Below, in pieces: positions 21,388-32,309 of a DNA stretch of 64,000 nucleotides. The notes under the pieces were generated by a model. That model was not told the DNA's origin. It saw only the letters and a program-made list of their open reading frames with translations, and made no database searches. The DNA comes from an uncultured Phycisphaerales bacterium (lineage in GTDB: Bacteria > Planctomycetota > Phycisphaerae > Tepidisphaerales > Tepidisphaeraceae): assembly GCA_963792535.1 (NCBI GenBank), contig CAWBWQ010000001.1, positions 576,001-640,000 of the forward strand, given 5' to 3'. A program made the translations under genes and the position numbers. Position 1 is the stretch's first letter, and every line of letters begins with the position of its first letter.

Positions 21388-22212
21388 ATGCATTTCGTAA
21401 ATCTGTGCTTGCGAAAGGGTCTTAGATTTCGTTTCCTCGCCGGTGTCGTGGGTGCCTCCGCAGCACTTCAATGTGGGTTCATGGGAACCGCTCAAGCCGC
21501 ACCGATATCTGTTTCTTCAACCGAAGAGGCAATGGTGTTGTCCGGCAGCCCGACCACTGTTTGGGACCCCAAGGGCGCAACAGAAATTTCGGCCAATGGG
21601 CTTAATAGTGCGCATCCAGGCAATTCTGAATATGCGCTGATGTATTTTAACACTGCTTCGGCTGTCGCAAATTTGAACTCTCAATATGGAGTAAACTCCT
21701 GGACTATTACGTCAGTCAGCGTCCAGTTTGCTTCGAACTTTGCGACAAAAAATGTCTTTCCCAACAACGCTGTTTTTAACGAGATCGAGCCCGGGTCGTT
21801 TAACCTGAGTTGGCTTAGCAACAACGGCTGGGTTTCCAGTTCAAGCGGGGGCGTGACGTGGAACAACCTTCCGAATTACCTGCCCGGTACCGGCACGAAT
21901 CAGGAGGAAGGCGAAGGTACGTTCAGCTTCGCCGCCGACGGGACAAACCCAATCACCTGGGCACTATCTCCGACAAGCGATTTCCTGAGCAGCATTGATG
22001 CGGGCGGCGGGGTCACACTTTACGGCACGCCGGCGGACACCGGTGTCGGATATCTCATTAACGCTCCGACACAAGGCAGTCCTGCGGTGTTGCAAATCAC
22101 CGCGCAAGCGACACCGGTACCCGAGCCGGCTTGTCTGGGTTTCATTGGGCTTGCCGGAGTTGTGCTGGTTCGCCGAAACCGCAGTGATCTTTTGTCACAG
22201 AGGTTGTTTTGA
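21388..22212 (+). CDS. PEP-CTERM sorted surface protein
   Basis: Signal peptide ending AQA; S/T/N/G-rich body; VPEP-ACLGFIGLAGVVLV-RRNR. Confidence 0.9.
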   Translation: MHFVNLCLRKGLRFRFLAGVVGASAALQCGFMGTAQAAPISVSSTEEAMVLSGSPTTVWDPKGATEISANGLNSAHPGNSEYALMYFNTASAVANLNSQYGVNSWTITSVSVQFASNFATKNVFPNNAVFNEIEPGSFNLSWLSNNGWVSSSSGGVTWNNLPNYLPGTGTNQEEGEGTFSFAADGTNPITWALSPTSDFLSSIDAGGGVTLYGTPADTGVGYLINAPTQGSPAVLQITAQATPVPEPACLGFIGLAGVVLVRRNRSDLLSQRLF

Positions 22213-23201
22213 GACGTGTCGTGAGAACGCTGGCGATTTCAGTCGCCTCCTGCGTGGTTTTTTCCGTTGCGATCTGTTTATGGATCACCGGCAGGTCGAT
22301 GCACGACATCGCCACGGCACAGGCACCGGTCGACTCGATCTATCTTGCCCCTTCGACAGAGCCTTTTGAACAGGTATACAAACGACCACCCACTACCGGA
22401 CCCACAGTGCGTGTTGCGGTCATTGGTGGAATGGTCTTCACCGGGTTCTGGCACGCGCTGGCGGACCGCTATGAAAAGCAGACCGGTGTCCGGCTGGAAC
22501 TGCTTGCCACCGGTCCGAAAAATGACATTGTAAAAGTGTTCAAGGAAGGAAATATTGACGTCATCACCATGCATTCCAGCGATGCAATCGTAAACCTGGT
22601 GGCTAACGGGTACGCGCTGGATCCACAGCCGTGGATGCGGAATGACCTGGTCATCGTAGGGCCTCCCGCGGATCCCGCTGGCATAAAAGGGATGACCGAT
22701 GCAGCAGCGGCTTTAAAAAAAATTGCCGTTACCAAATCGCCGTTTGTCGTGCATTCAAGCCTCGGGGCGCAGGAGGTTTTATTGAATATCCTCGAACCGA
22801 ACGAAATTACGCTCGACCCGGGGAACACAACCGTTCTGTTTGATGACCAGCAGCGAAGCGTGCTGAAGGTGGCAGGGGATAAGCATGCGTATACTCTGGT
22901 GGGCCGGATCCCCTTCCACACGGGGCGATTGCCCAACAACGGATTGGTGATGATGGTGCAGGGCGACCCGCGGTTGATGCGGCCGTATCTGGTGGCGGTG
23001 ACCAATCCGGATTGGATGCCGGGGGTACATGTCGAACTGGCAAGGCAATTTGCGAGATATCTGCGCACGCCGGAAACGCAGAACTGGATTTCGCAGTTCG
23101 GGAAGGGGCAACTGGACGATCGCCCGATTTTTTTCCCGGTAAAGGTGGCGGGGTTTGTGCAGGGAAGTGATTTCGGATCTGCAGCTGCTAAAATGCTCTG
23201 A
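22209..23201 (+). CDS. Divergent TupA-like (tungstate/molybdate-family) substrate-binding protein with N-terminal membrane anchor
   Basis: MRNDLVIVGPPADPAGI, DVITMH, AYTL, GDPRL and TQNWISQFG match the TupA fold. 4-bp overlap with the upstream gene. Confidence 0.78.
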   Translation: MRRVVRTLAISVASCVVFSVAICLWITGRSMHDIATAQAPVDSIYLAPSTEPFEQVYKRPPTTGPTVRVAVIGGMVFTGFWHALADRYEKQTGVRLELLATGPKNDIVKVFKEGNIDVITMHSSDAIVNLVANGYALDPQPWMRNDLVIVGPPADPAGIKGMTDAAAALKKIAVTKSPFVVHSSLGAQEVLLNILEPNEITLDPGNTTVLFDDQQRSVLKVAGDKHAYTLVGRIPFHTGRLPNNGLVMMVQGDPRLMRPYLVAVTNPDWMPGVHVELARQFARYLRTPETQNWISQFGKGQLDDRPIFFPVKVAGFVQGSDFGSAAAKML

Positions 23202-23311
23202 TGCATTCGCCAGGTTATTGTTTGCCGCACTAATCGTTATGAGTGCGCGGGAATTCGGTGCGAGCTTGCATAAAGCGTCAATCTGGCGTCAAAAATAGAT
23301 CAGACGACCAT

Positions 23312-23339
23312 TTGACACTTGCGGATTCGGAAATATACT
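23312..23339 (+). promoter_or_regulatory. Sigma70 promoter of the tRNA-Thr/tuf operon
   Basis: TTGACA-16 nt-TATACT. Confidence 0.75.
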
Positions 23340-23460
23340 CTTTCCCTCCCTAGTCTTCCGGTACGCGCCGCGCGGGTCCCGGGCGGTGTTCCAAAGGATA
23401 TCCTTGGTGGGCCGATGAATGGGGATGCTGTATCGCTAAACCGCAAGATGAAAATGGCTT

Positions 23461-23532
23461 GCTGCCATAGCTCAGTGGTAGAGCGCCACCTTGGTAAGGT
23501 GGAGGTCCTGGGTTCAAGCCCCAGTGGCAGCT
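23461..23532 (+). tRNA. tRNA-Thr(GGT)
   Basis: GCTGCCATAGCTCAGTGGTAGAGC, anticodon arm CCACC TT GGT AA GGTGG, T-loop GGTTCAAG. Confidence 0.97.
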
Positions 23533-23744
23533 TTGGCGGTATTTGGGCGTTTGGCCGCGGGCAGATGTCGCGAGGATCGAAGATAGAGGAAAGAAGATAG
23601 AAAGTGGCGCATCGACGCGATTTTCCATCCTCTATCTTCTACCCTCAATCATCGCTTTTCTGCCCGCTGCCTGACGCCTCAGTACCGGTACTTTTGATTG
23701 CACAAGCGGTTTCGACACCCGCTGTTTGAGAACTGGAGTTTGTA

Positions 23745-24940
<1,196 letters not shown>

Positions 24941-24945
24941 TTGAT

Positions 24946-25058
24946 TGTCCGTTGTCAGTTGGATATGTCTGTTTCCAGTGGTCGCTTGAAGATGCAAAGT
25001 GTTTGTATCTGCAGCGACCGATGGCTGGACACAGGCAAAACCCAACTGACAACGGACA
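24946..25058. repeat. Long intergenic hairpin with heptamer-type arms
   Basis: Perfect 17-bp inverted repeat TGTCCGTTGTCAGTTGG / CCAACTGACAACGGACA, with nested GGTCGCT/AGCGACC and AGATGCAAA/TTTGTATCT pairs. Confidence 0.8.
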
Positions 25059-25075
25059 CCCTTTAGGGTTCTGCA

Positions 25076-25240
25076 ATGGCAAAAGAAAATCGTGAAAACG
25101 TGTGGCTGCAATGCACGGAAACCGGCGATCTCAATTATCGAACTGAGATCAAGGTTGCCGGTGGTGTTCAGAAGGTCGAATTGATGAAATATTCAAAGCG
25201 GCTGCGCAAGCACACACTGCATAAAGTGAAGCGGAAATGA
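25076..25240 (+). CDS. rpmG: 50S ribosomal protein L33 (54 aa, not in the ORF track)
   Basis: MAKENRENVWLQCTETGDLNYRTEIKVAGGVQKVELMKYSKRLRKHTLHKVKRK; canonical position before tRNA-Trp and secE. Confidence 0.93.
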   Translation: MAKENRENVWLQCTETGDLNYRTEIKVAGGVQKVELMKYSKRLRKHTLHKVKRK

Positions 25241-25247
25241 GTGATTG

Positions 25248-25320
25248 GTCAGTCGTGCGTGCTCCGCTATCAGTTTGAAAGGCTTAACTTTTAACTGGCG
25301 GCGGACCACGGACAACTGAC
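25248..25320. repeat. Intergenic imperfect inverted repeat (same heptamer family)
   Basis: GTCAGTCGTGCGTGCTCCGCTATCAGTT pairs imperfectly with AACTGGCGGCGGACCACGGACAACTGAC. Confidence 0.65.
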
Positions 25321-25327
25321 AAGCTCT

Positions 25328-25400
25328 ACGCCGGTAGCTCAATTGGCAGAGCAGCCGTCTCCAAAGCGGCAGGTTGTAGGTTCGATTCCTACCCGGCGTG
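25328..25400 (+). tRNA. tRNA-Trp(CCA)
   Basis: ACGCCGGTAGCTCAATTGGCAGAGC, anticodon arm GCCGT CT CCA AA GCGGC, T-loop GGTTCGATT. Confidence 0.97.
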
Positions 25401-25512
25401 TGATCGCCTGATTTGTCGCGCAGTTGAGTGGTAGCGGTTAAATGGTAGTTGGGCCGACTGTCGCCCCCTGGGCGTGGACTGAAACATGCCAACGGTAAGA
25501 AACGAGAACGAA

Positions 25513-26037
25513 ATGGCGACCAAAGCCGTCGAAGCGGATGAACCGGACGATAATGAGTCCGGCGAATCTAAATCGCCCTCATTGCCTTACGCACCTGTCA
25601 TCCGACAGGGCAAAGAAGGATTCTTCACCATCTATAAACGTGGGCAGGGCAAGTGGACCCGGTTGGGGACAGTATTTGTGGCGCTGCTGCTGGGCGTGTT
25701 GACCGCTTTCAGTCTGTATCAGAACATCATTCCATACCTGCCGGTTTCGGCTAATCCGCAGCACGACCGGATGATCCGCCAGGTTGTGCTGCTTTGCTGC
25801 GTGGGATTCCTCACCCTCTTCTGCATTGGGATCTTCTGGCTGACCAACAAGCCGAGCAATGTTGATTTTCTGATCGCGACCGACAGCGAAATGAAAAAGG
25901 TCAATTGGACCACGCAAGGCGAGCTGTTTGGATCCACTCGCGTAGTCGTTTTGTTCTTGTTTTTCGTGGCGGTTTTTCTCTCGATCGTCGACCTCGCCTT
26001 CTATGGAATTTTCCATGTGATCGGCGTTTTGCAATAA
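25513..26037 (+). CDS. secE: Preprotein translocase subunit SecE (three-TM form)
   Basis: IYKRGQGKWTR and DFLIATDSEMKKVNWTT; sits between tRNA-Trp and nusG. Confidence 0.92.
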   Translation: MATKAVEADEPDDNESGESKSPSLPYAPVIRQGKEGFFTIYKRGQGKWTRLGTVFVALLLGVLTAFSLYQNIIPYLPVSANPQHDRMIRQVVLLCCVGFLTLFCIGIFWLTNKPSNVDFLIATDSEMKKVNWTTQGELFGSTRVVVLFLFFVAVFLSIVDLAFYGIFHVIGVLQ

Positions 26038-26041
26038 TTTG

Positions 26042-26131
26042 ACTGGTCAGTTGTCAGTGGTTCGTTGTCGGTTGTGGCATAACAACGGCGGCTGCAACTG
26101 ACAACCGACAACTGATAACGGACTAACCAGT
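26042..26131. repeat. Intergenic inverted heptamer array
   Basis: GTCAGTTGTCAGTGGTTCGTTGTCGGTTG faces CAACTGACAACCGACAACTGATAACGGAC. Confidence 0.75.
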
Positions 26132-26680
26132 ATGGGAATGCAATTTTTCGTCCTTCGAGTCGCCAGCAACAAAGAAGACCGCGTGCGCAACGCGCTGAAC
26201 CGCAAGATTAAAATCGAAGGGGTCGAAGCGGTCATGGGGCGTGTGCTGGTTCCGATTGAACGCGTTCGATCCATGAAGGGCGGAGTCAAGAAGGAATCGG
26301 ATCGCAAGCTTTATCCGGGGTATGTTTTTGTCGAACTCGAATTGGACAAAAACGGAATGATCCCCGAAAAAGTATGGTTCCTGATCAAGGAAACCGAAGG
26401 GGTCGGCGACTTTATCGGTTCCAACGGCAAACCCACCGCGATGAGCCCTAAAGATCAGTCGAAGATGCTTGAGGAAGCCGAGCGTCCCGACGACGGGCCG
26501 CAGCTTAAAACCGAGTACAAGAAAAGCGACAAAGTCAAAGTCATCAACGGGCCATTCGAAAACTTCGAGGGCGAAGTCGACGAAATTCTCGGCGAACAAG
26601 GCAAGGTTCGAATCATCACCACGATCTTCGGCCGGCCGACACCGCTGGAACTCGAATACTGGCAGATTGAGAAAGTCTGA
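26132..26680 (+). CDS. nusG: Transcription termination/antitermination factor NusG
   Basis: KLYPGYVFVE; KOW motif VKVINGPFENFEG; IFGRPTPLELEY. Confidence 0.97.
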   Translation: MGMQFFVLRVASNKEDRVRNALNRKIKIEGVEAVMGRVLVPIERVRSMKGGVKKESDRKLYPGYVFVELELDKNGMIPEKVWFLIKETEGVGDFIGSNGKPTAMSPKDQSKMLEEAERPDDGPQLKTEYKKSDKVKVINGPFENFEGEVDEILGEQGKVRIITTIFGRPTPLELEYWQIEKV

Positions 26681-26688
26681 TCTCCCGA

Positions 26689-27344
26689 AACGAGCCGCGC
26701 ACGAAGTAAGCGGGGAACGATATCGCTTACTTCGTGCTCACTTTATATATCTCTCAACCCTGCCGACCCGTCGTACGTTGACATCTGATAACCCTGGCGG
26801 TTTAAAGTGTAATCCACTTTATCCGCGATCGTTGCGGCATCAAAAAGATGCAGCGTACTCCCGTGCCGCGTCCATCGCTTGCGCGTCGAATCGTCGAAAC
26901 CTGCCAGCGATAAATTACGCGATGCGCGCCCTTTCATATCACTCATAACCCGTCCCGCATCGCGATCCACCGCAACCACCACATGCACGTGGTTGCTTCG
27001 CACGTGGACGGCGAGCAACCGCCATCCGCTGTCGCGGCACAGTCCGACAATCGCATCCCGCACAATCTCCCGCTCCGCCGGCGGCATGGTGTACGCGGGC
27101 TGCGTCATTGCGTTGCGCGCCTGCTGCTCTTTTTCTCGATCCGGCGCGACGAACGGTGTTCCATGCTCGTTGTGCTGACCATCGACCGATCCTTTTCCTT
27201 TCGATGATCCAGGAAGCCAGGTGCCGTAGGTCGAAAACGTGATGAAGTAGGCGAGCGCCATATCTACTTTCTCCAGCTTGGAGCCGCGCGCGAAGTAAGT
27301 GACGACCTTTTATTTTTATCCGCTTACTTCGTGCGCGGCTCGTT
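26689..27344. mobile_element. REP-flanked Y1 transposase unit (REPtron-like)
   Basis: Perfect 25-bp outer inverted repeats AACGAGCCGCGCACGAAGTAAGCGG (26689-26713 and 27320-27344), each paired with an inner inverted partial copy (26724-26737 and 27281-27301). Confidence 0.85.
26743..27261 (-). CDS. REP-associated / IS200-like HUH tyrosine transposase (RAYT-like)
   Basis: YFITFSTYGTWLPG, HUH motif NHVHVVV, WTRHGS, probable catalytic Tyr in VDYTLNRQG. Confidence 0.88.
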   Translation of the reverse strand: MALAYFITFSTYGTWLPGSSKGKGSVDGQHNEHGTPFVAPDREKEQQARNAMTQPAYTMPPAEREIVRDAIVGLCRDSGWRLLAVHVRSNHVHVVVAVDRDAGRVMSDMKGRASRNLSLAGFDDSTRKRWTRHGSTLHLFDAATIADKVDYTLNRQGYQMSTYDGSAGLRDI

Positions 27345-27447
27345 GTTAGTATTTGCACGCGTCACAGAAATCACAATGAATGCTCTGCGGTTCAAATGAC
27401 GAATATAAGGTAGCGTGTCGCTCGGTTATCCGGTTTTTCGTTTTCCC

Positions 27448-28736
27448 ATGCGTGTCCTTCTCCTCGCCAACGACTGCAACCCGCAATGGCCGTCATTACC
27501 GGTCGTGGGTTACAACGCCTGCCGCGGCATTGCTGAGCATGTCGATGTGGTCGTTGCCACGCACATCCGCAATAAAGAAAACATCGATAAAAGTGGATTT
27601 GGCAAAGCTCAAGTTGAGTATCTCAATAACGAATATATCGCCAGCCCAATGTACAAGGCCGCCACCTGGCTTCGCGGCGGGAAGTCGGTTGGGTGGACCA
27701 CGAACATCGCGATGCAGTATCCGCCGTATCTGGCGTTTGAGTGGGAAGCTTGGAAGCGGTTCAACGATCAGTTGAAAGCAGGCAAGTTTGACCTGGTGCA
27801 TCGCGTGACACCGATGTCACCGACGTTGCCCAGCCCGATGGCGCGTTGGTTAAAAACGTTGGGTGTCCCTTTTGTTCTGGGGCCGCTGAATGGCGGGCTG
27901 CGCTGGCCGCCGGAATTCACCGGTGAATTGAAGAAAGAAAAAGAGCGGCTCACGTATCTGCGAGATGCTTATAAACTGCTGCCGTACGCCAAGTCGACTT
28001 ATTCAAAATCCGCGGCGATCCTCGCAGCGTTTCAGCACACCATCGATCGACTGCCAATCGAAGATCGCGATCGCATGATCGACTTTCCCGAAGTCGGCAT
28101 CGATCCTGCCTTGTTCGAAGCACCGGCGGCCCGGCAGGCGAAAGACCAGGTGACCTTTCTGTATGCCGGCAGACTGGTTCCGTACAAATGCCCCGATGTG
28201 GCCGTGCTCGCGATGGCCGCTAACCCGCGTCTGCAAAAGCATAAGTTAATCGTTGCCGGGGATGGGCCCGAGATGGATCATTTGAAGCAGATCGTGAGCA
28301 ACAACAAGCTTGAAGCCTGCGTCGAGCTGATCGGTCGCCGCACACAGGCCGAGATCGGCCAGTTGATGCGTACCAGCGATATTTTCGCCTTCCCCAGCAT
28401 CCGCGAGCTCGGCCCGGGGTGGTCGTTGAAGCGATGGCGTGCAGCCTTCCCTGTATCGTCGTCGACTACGGCGGGCCCGGTGGGCTTATCACCTCACTCA
28501 ATGGCATCAAGGTGCCGCTGGGAAATAAGGAACATCTCATCAAACACTTCGCGACAGAGATGGAAAATCTTGCCAACGATCCATCGCGCAGGGCAAGCCT
28601 GGGCCAGCACGCACATGATGACGCGTTGCGAACCTACGCCTGGACTGCCAAAGGGAAAAAGACCGTGGAAGTTTATGAGTGGGTGCTTGGAAAGACTTCG
28701 ATCAGGCCGGATTTCTACGCAAGTCCATCGACCTGA
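27448..28736 (+). CDS. Glycosyltransferase family 4 (frameshift near 28415)
   Basis: YAGRLVPYK, AGDGPE, FAFPSIRELG; then VVEAMACSLPCIVVDYGGPG in a second frame. Confidence 0.9.
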
Positions 28737-28803
28737 ACATATTTCCTCTCGAGCCGCAGAACATTCCACATTTCTCAGTGCGTAAGCCGGGCTGGGACAT
28801 GTT

Positions 28804-29073
28804 TCAATGCGACATAATGATTTTGAGAATATACGCAAAGACTGCCAGCGCGGTGACGGTTCCCATGAATCGCAGCCATAGAACAATCTCGTGAAGATGC
28901 GCATCGGCGACGGTGCGAGGCAATGCCTGCTCCTGGAGCATTTTGCATTCGGTTATCAGGATGCCTTCGCCAACTGCGGCTTCGCGGGCGTCGGCCTCGG
29001 TGGCAGCCATCAGTTCGATCCGCTTGTCCTGGCCCGACGTTTTATCCGCGCCGGAGATGAGATATCGATTCAT
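28804..29073 (-). CDS. Small hypothetical protein with C-terminal TM helix
   Basis: MNRYLISGADKTSGQDKRIELMAATEADAREAA...; hydrophobic C-terminus. Confidence 0.6.
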   Translation of the reverse strand: MNRYLISGADKTSGQDKRIELMAATEADAREAAVGEGILITECKMLQEQALPRTVADAHLHEIVLWLRFMGTVTALAVFAYILKIIMSH

Positions 29074-29145
29074 ACCGCTCAGTCTGCCGTGAGCGGTCGT
29101 AATGAGCAACAGCCCTGCAAGGCTAAATAACTCACGCACTGAATG

Positions 29146-30057
29146 TCAGAACGTGACCGGCACGCGAATCCAGGAAGCTGGACAGATGTCCTGATCTTTG
29201 TATTCCGCCGCGCGGACCCACTGGCTGGGGCGAACGACGACCTTCCCGTCACTTTGATTCAGCCAGGCCGCCCACCACGCGAAGGTGCTGTTGGGAATGA
29301 TAAAATGGCGGCAGAGTGTCATGAGCCAGAACTTTGTCGCGTAGCGTTCACCCGCATGTTCGTCGCCGACAATCGTAAATACATCAGGGTCGGTAAAGTT
29401 CTCGCGGCTCCAGGTCTGGTCATCAGAAAAAACCATCACGCGATCATGTATTCCTCTTGCCCGGAGTTCCTGCAGCGCGCGTGTATAATAGTCGATTGTG
29501 CAGACGCCGTGAAAATTATTGGCGAATGGGTGATTCACATAGTCTCCGCGCCGAACATTCAGACAGATGCAGGATTGCCCGCGAATAAGTTGTGCTAACG
29601 CCCGGGTGGCGGGGGGAAGCGATGATTCATCGGGCGCAAGACTAAAACGCCGCCGGATCTCCGGCTCGATGTCCGTGAAATACCGCTCGTCCTGAAAGTA
29701 TCCCTCGAGGTACGTTTCGCTGCCCAGAGAAAGGACGCGCGGATCGAAATTCACCGTCTGCTGTTTGAAGATTTGTCGATGCTGCAACCTGCCGATCACC
29801 CGATTGAGCAGTGTTCGCCTTATCGCGCCGGCGGGGGGATAAAATCGGCCGCGGTCTTTGTCTGTAGCGACAGCGGTGTCAAGCTTGAAAATGCCCAGGT
29901 CAAAATCGCGAAAAACATGGGTTTGCACAGGTGTTCGATCCAGTAAAAAGCTGAGATCCAGCTTCAACGGAACCGAATGGAGAGTTGCAAGCCGGAGTCC
30001 GGCGGCATACTGAAACATCTGGTTGCCCAGTCCACCCGCCAATCGCGCGATGATCAT
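29146..30057 (-). CDS. Alpha-1,2-fucosyltransferase (GT11)
   Basis: GGLGNQMFQYA, GYFQDERYF, VRRGDY, FSDD, IIPNSTFAWWAAWL. Confidence 0.93.
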   Translation of the reverse strand: MIIARLAGGLGNQMFQYAAGLRLATLHSVPLKLDLSFLLDRTPVQTHVFRDFDLGIFKLDTAVATDKDRGRFYPPAGAIRRTLLNRVIGRLQHRQIFKQQTVNFDPRVLSLGSETYLEGYFQDERYFTDIEPEIRRRFSLAPDESSLPPATRALAQLIRGQSCICLNVRRGDYVNHPFANNFHGVCTIDYYTRALQELRARGIHDRVMVFSDDQTWSRENFTDPDVFTIVGDEHAGERYATKFWLMTLCRHFIIPNSTFAWWAAWLNQSDGKVVVRPSQWVRAAEYKDQDICPASWIRVPVTF

Positions 30058-30062
30058 GTCAA

Positions 30063-31220
30063 TTAGCCCTTGAAGACGATCGCCGGTTCAGTGCGGACGA
30101 CTTTGATAATACTGAGCATCGCGCTGAGTGCGGCAGATTAAAAGGACGGCGACGGCTGTGATCCCCAGGAGGTAGCCGGGAAGTTTGAATGCCAGTTCTG
30201 TTTTCTTGGTCAGCCATCCAAAAACGGTCGCGGCACCGACTCCCAGGCCGTACCCCACGGCTCCCGTGAGTAGGGCCTGTAACATCAGCATGCGAAGCAG
30301 CACGCCGTTGCCGGCGCCCATCGCCTTCAGTGCGCCGAAGTGTCGGATGTTGTCCAGTGTGAAACTGTAAAAGGTCTGGCCGGCGATGGCGGTTCCGACA
30401 ATGAATCCCAGCGCGACAGAGATCATGAAATTGATCGGTATTCCCGTATGTTTCATGAAATAGTTGTATGTCTTGCTGACAAACCCGTCGCGGGTGAAGG
30501 CGGCCAGTCCGGTCTGCTTCCTGATCTGGGCGCAGAGCTGTTCGAGATCCTGACCGGGCTGCGCTTTGACCAGCACAAATGAAAGCAGCTTGCGTTCCTG
30601 CGGCGCGAAAGTGGTCGCCCGGCTGTAGGTCGTATAGACGATGGGCTGACTTTGCCAGGTGCGGGTGTTCTGGCAGATGCCGACGACCACCGCGCGATGA
30701 TCGTTAAGCTCCATTTCATCGCCAACTTTGAGAGGGATCTTCGTGATTCCATCGGCTGCGATATGAGCCAGTTTGTCCCCCGCGCCACTTCATCCACAAT
30801 CACCGCTTCACTGCGGCGAAGATCTTCCAGCTTTCCGTGAACCATGGCGGGAGGGCCTCCGACCAGGCTGGAATCGTCGAGTCCCCAGACATTGCAAGTC
30901 TGAAAATTCCCGTTGTTCAACCGGGCTTTTATCATGCCCTTATAAAGTGGTGTCGCCCACTCGACCCCGCTGACGCCCCGCACGCGATCGAGTTGCGTAT
31001 CCTGCAGCGGCTTCACATCGTCGATAAATTGCACCTCCGGATCCATGACCCAGATATCGGGATACGCCAGATCTGTAATGGCCCCGTAAGAGCGCGCCAT
31101 CAAACCGCAGAAGATGCCCAGTTGCTGCGTAATCAGCAGCGAGGCGAAAGTGATGCCCAGGACGATGCCAAGATATTTCGCACGGTCACCGACAAGCATT
31201 TTGAGCGCGATCCAATTCAT
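30063..31220 (-). CDS. ABC transporter permease, DevC/FtsX family (frameshifts near 30780 and 30130)
   Basis: MNWIALKMLVGDRAKYLG, FGALKAMGA; C-terminus IIKVVRTEPAIVFKG*. Confidence 0.88.
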
Positions 31221-31368
31221 GAACCGGTAAACATCTGTCGCCGAAGGTTGTGCGTCAAGCAGGAGAATGCTGAAACTGGTTGATTTTAAGACGCTTTTCG
31301 TCTGGTTTAAGGACGGTGGGATGCATGACAAGCCTATAATCATTCAGGCTGTGAAGGAGTCGAATCTC

Positions 31369-32309
31369 ATGCGGAAATACATTTTAGGATTAGTGCCACT
31401 ACTGTTTTGCGGGGCCACGGCGGCCACTGTGTTAGCCGATCCTTCGCCGACCACCGCGCCGGCGCAACCAGCGGCGCGACACGACGCTGAGCGGGTTGAG
31501 GTGTTCCGGTTCGAAGAGATTTCACAGACACGACAAAGCGAATGGATCGGGCGGGGAATTCAGGAAAGTCTGCAGAACGAAGTTTCGCGTACCGGTGCAA
31601 CATTGCTGATCCCCGGCCAGGTGCCGCCTGTGAATGCTGAGCCGCTTACTGTTGCTCGAGAAAACAAAGCGGACCTGGCTATAGTTGGCACCTTTCAACT
31701 TGCAGGCGATGATGTGCGTGTGACCGGACACCTCGTTGATACACAGAGCGGCAACACGGTCGGCGGGTTTTCCGCCACCGTGCGCAGAAGAATCTCTTCA
31801 GCGTTGAAGATGCTCTCGGCGAGCAGTTGCGCAGGTTATTGCCGGCTTTGCCGCAGCAGATTTCGGCTGCGGTGGATCAGGCTTCCCAGCAGCTACCGCC
31901 AGAAATGCCAAATACCATTTATCAGATTGATCCTCAGACAGTCGAACCTCAGATAGTAGAGCCGCAGACCAATTACTATTACGAGACGGCTCCATATACC
32001 AACGGGTATTATCCCGGAGGTTACTACGGGTATGACGGGGCTCTGGGTCTCGGCTATTACGGCGGAATCGGAATCTTCTCTGACGGTCGATACCGCTATC
32101 ATCGGGACCACTATGAATTTTCCGGTCGCAGATCTGAGGGCGGTAGACAGGTGACGCCGGGAACCGCCGGCCATTCCTTTGCGGGAAGTGCTTTTGGTGC
32201 GCATTCATCAGGCGGAAATTCTTTTGGCCATGGTGGATTTGGTTCGAGCCATGGATTTGGTGGCAGCGGCTTCGGCGCCGCACACGGGTTTGGTGGAGGA
32301 CGTCGATAG
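31369..32309 (+). CDS. Secreted protein with TolB-N/FlgO-like domain and Tyr/Gly-rich tail (frameshift near 31780)
   Basis: Signal peptide; WIGRGIQESL and IVGTFQLAGDDVRVTGHLVD; low-complexity YYG/GFGG tail. Confidence 0.6.

Noticed and set aside
23340..23460. Additional tRNA (Tyr/Gly) expected before tRNA-Thr
   Set aside because: No cloverleaf or T-loop consensus found.
25076..25240. L33 lacking the zinc ribbon (single Cys)
   Set aside because: Zinc-free L33 forms are widespread and not novel.
26042..27344. CRISPR array from the short repeats
   Set aside because: The repeats are inverted or heptameric, have no regular unique spacers, and no cas genes are present.
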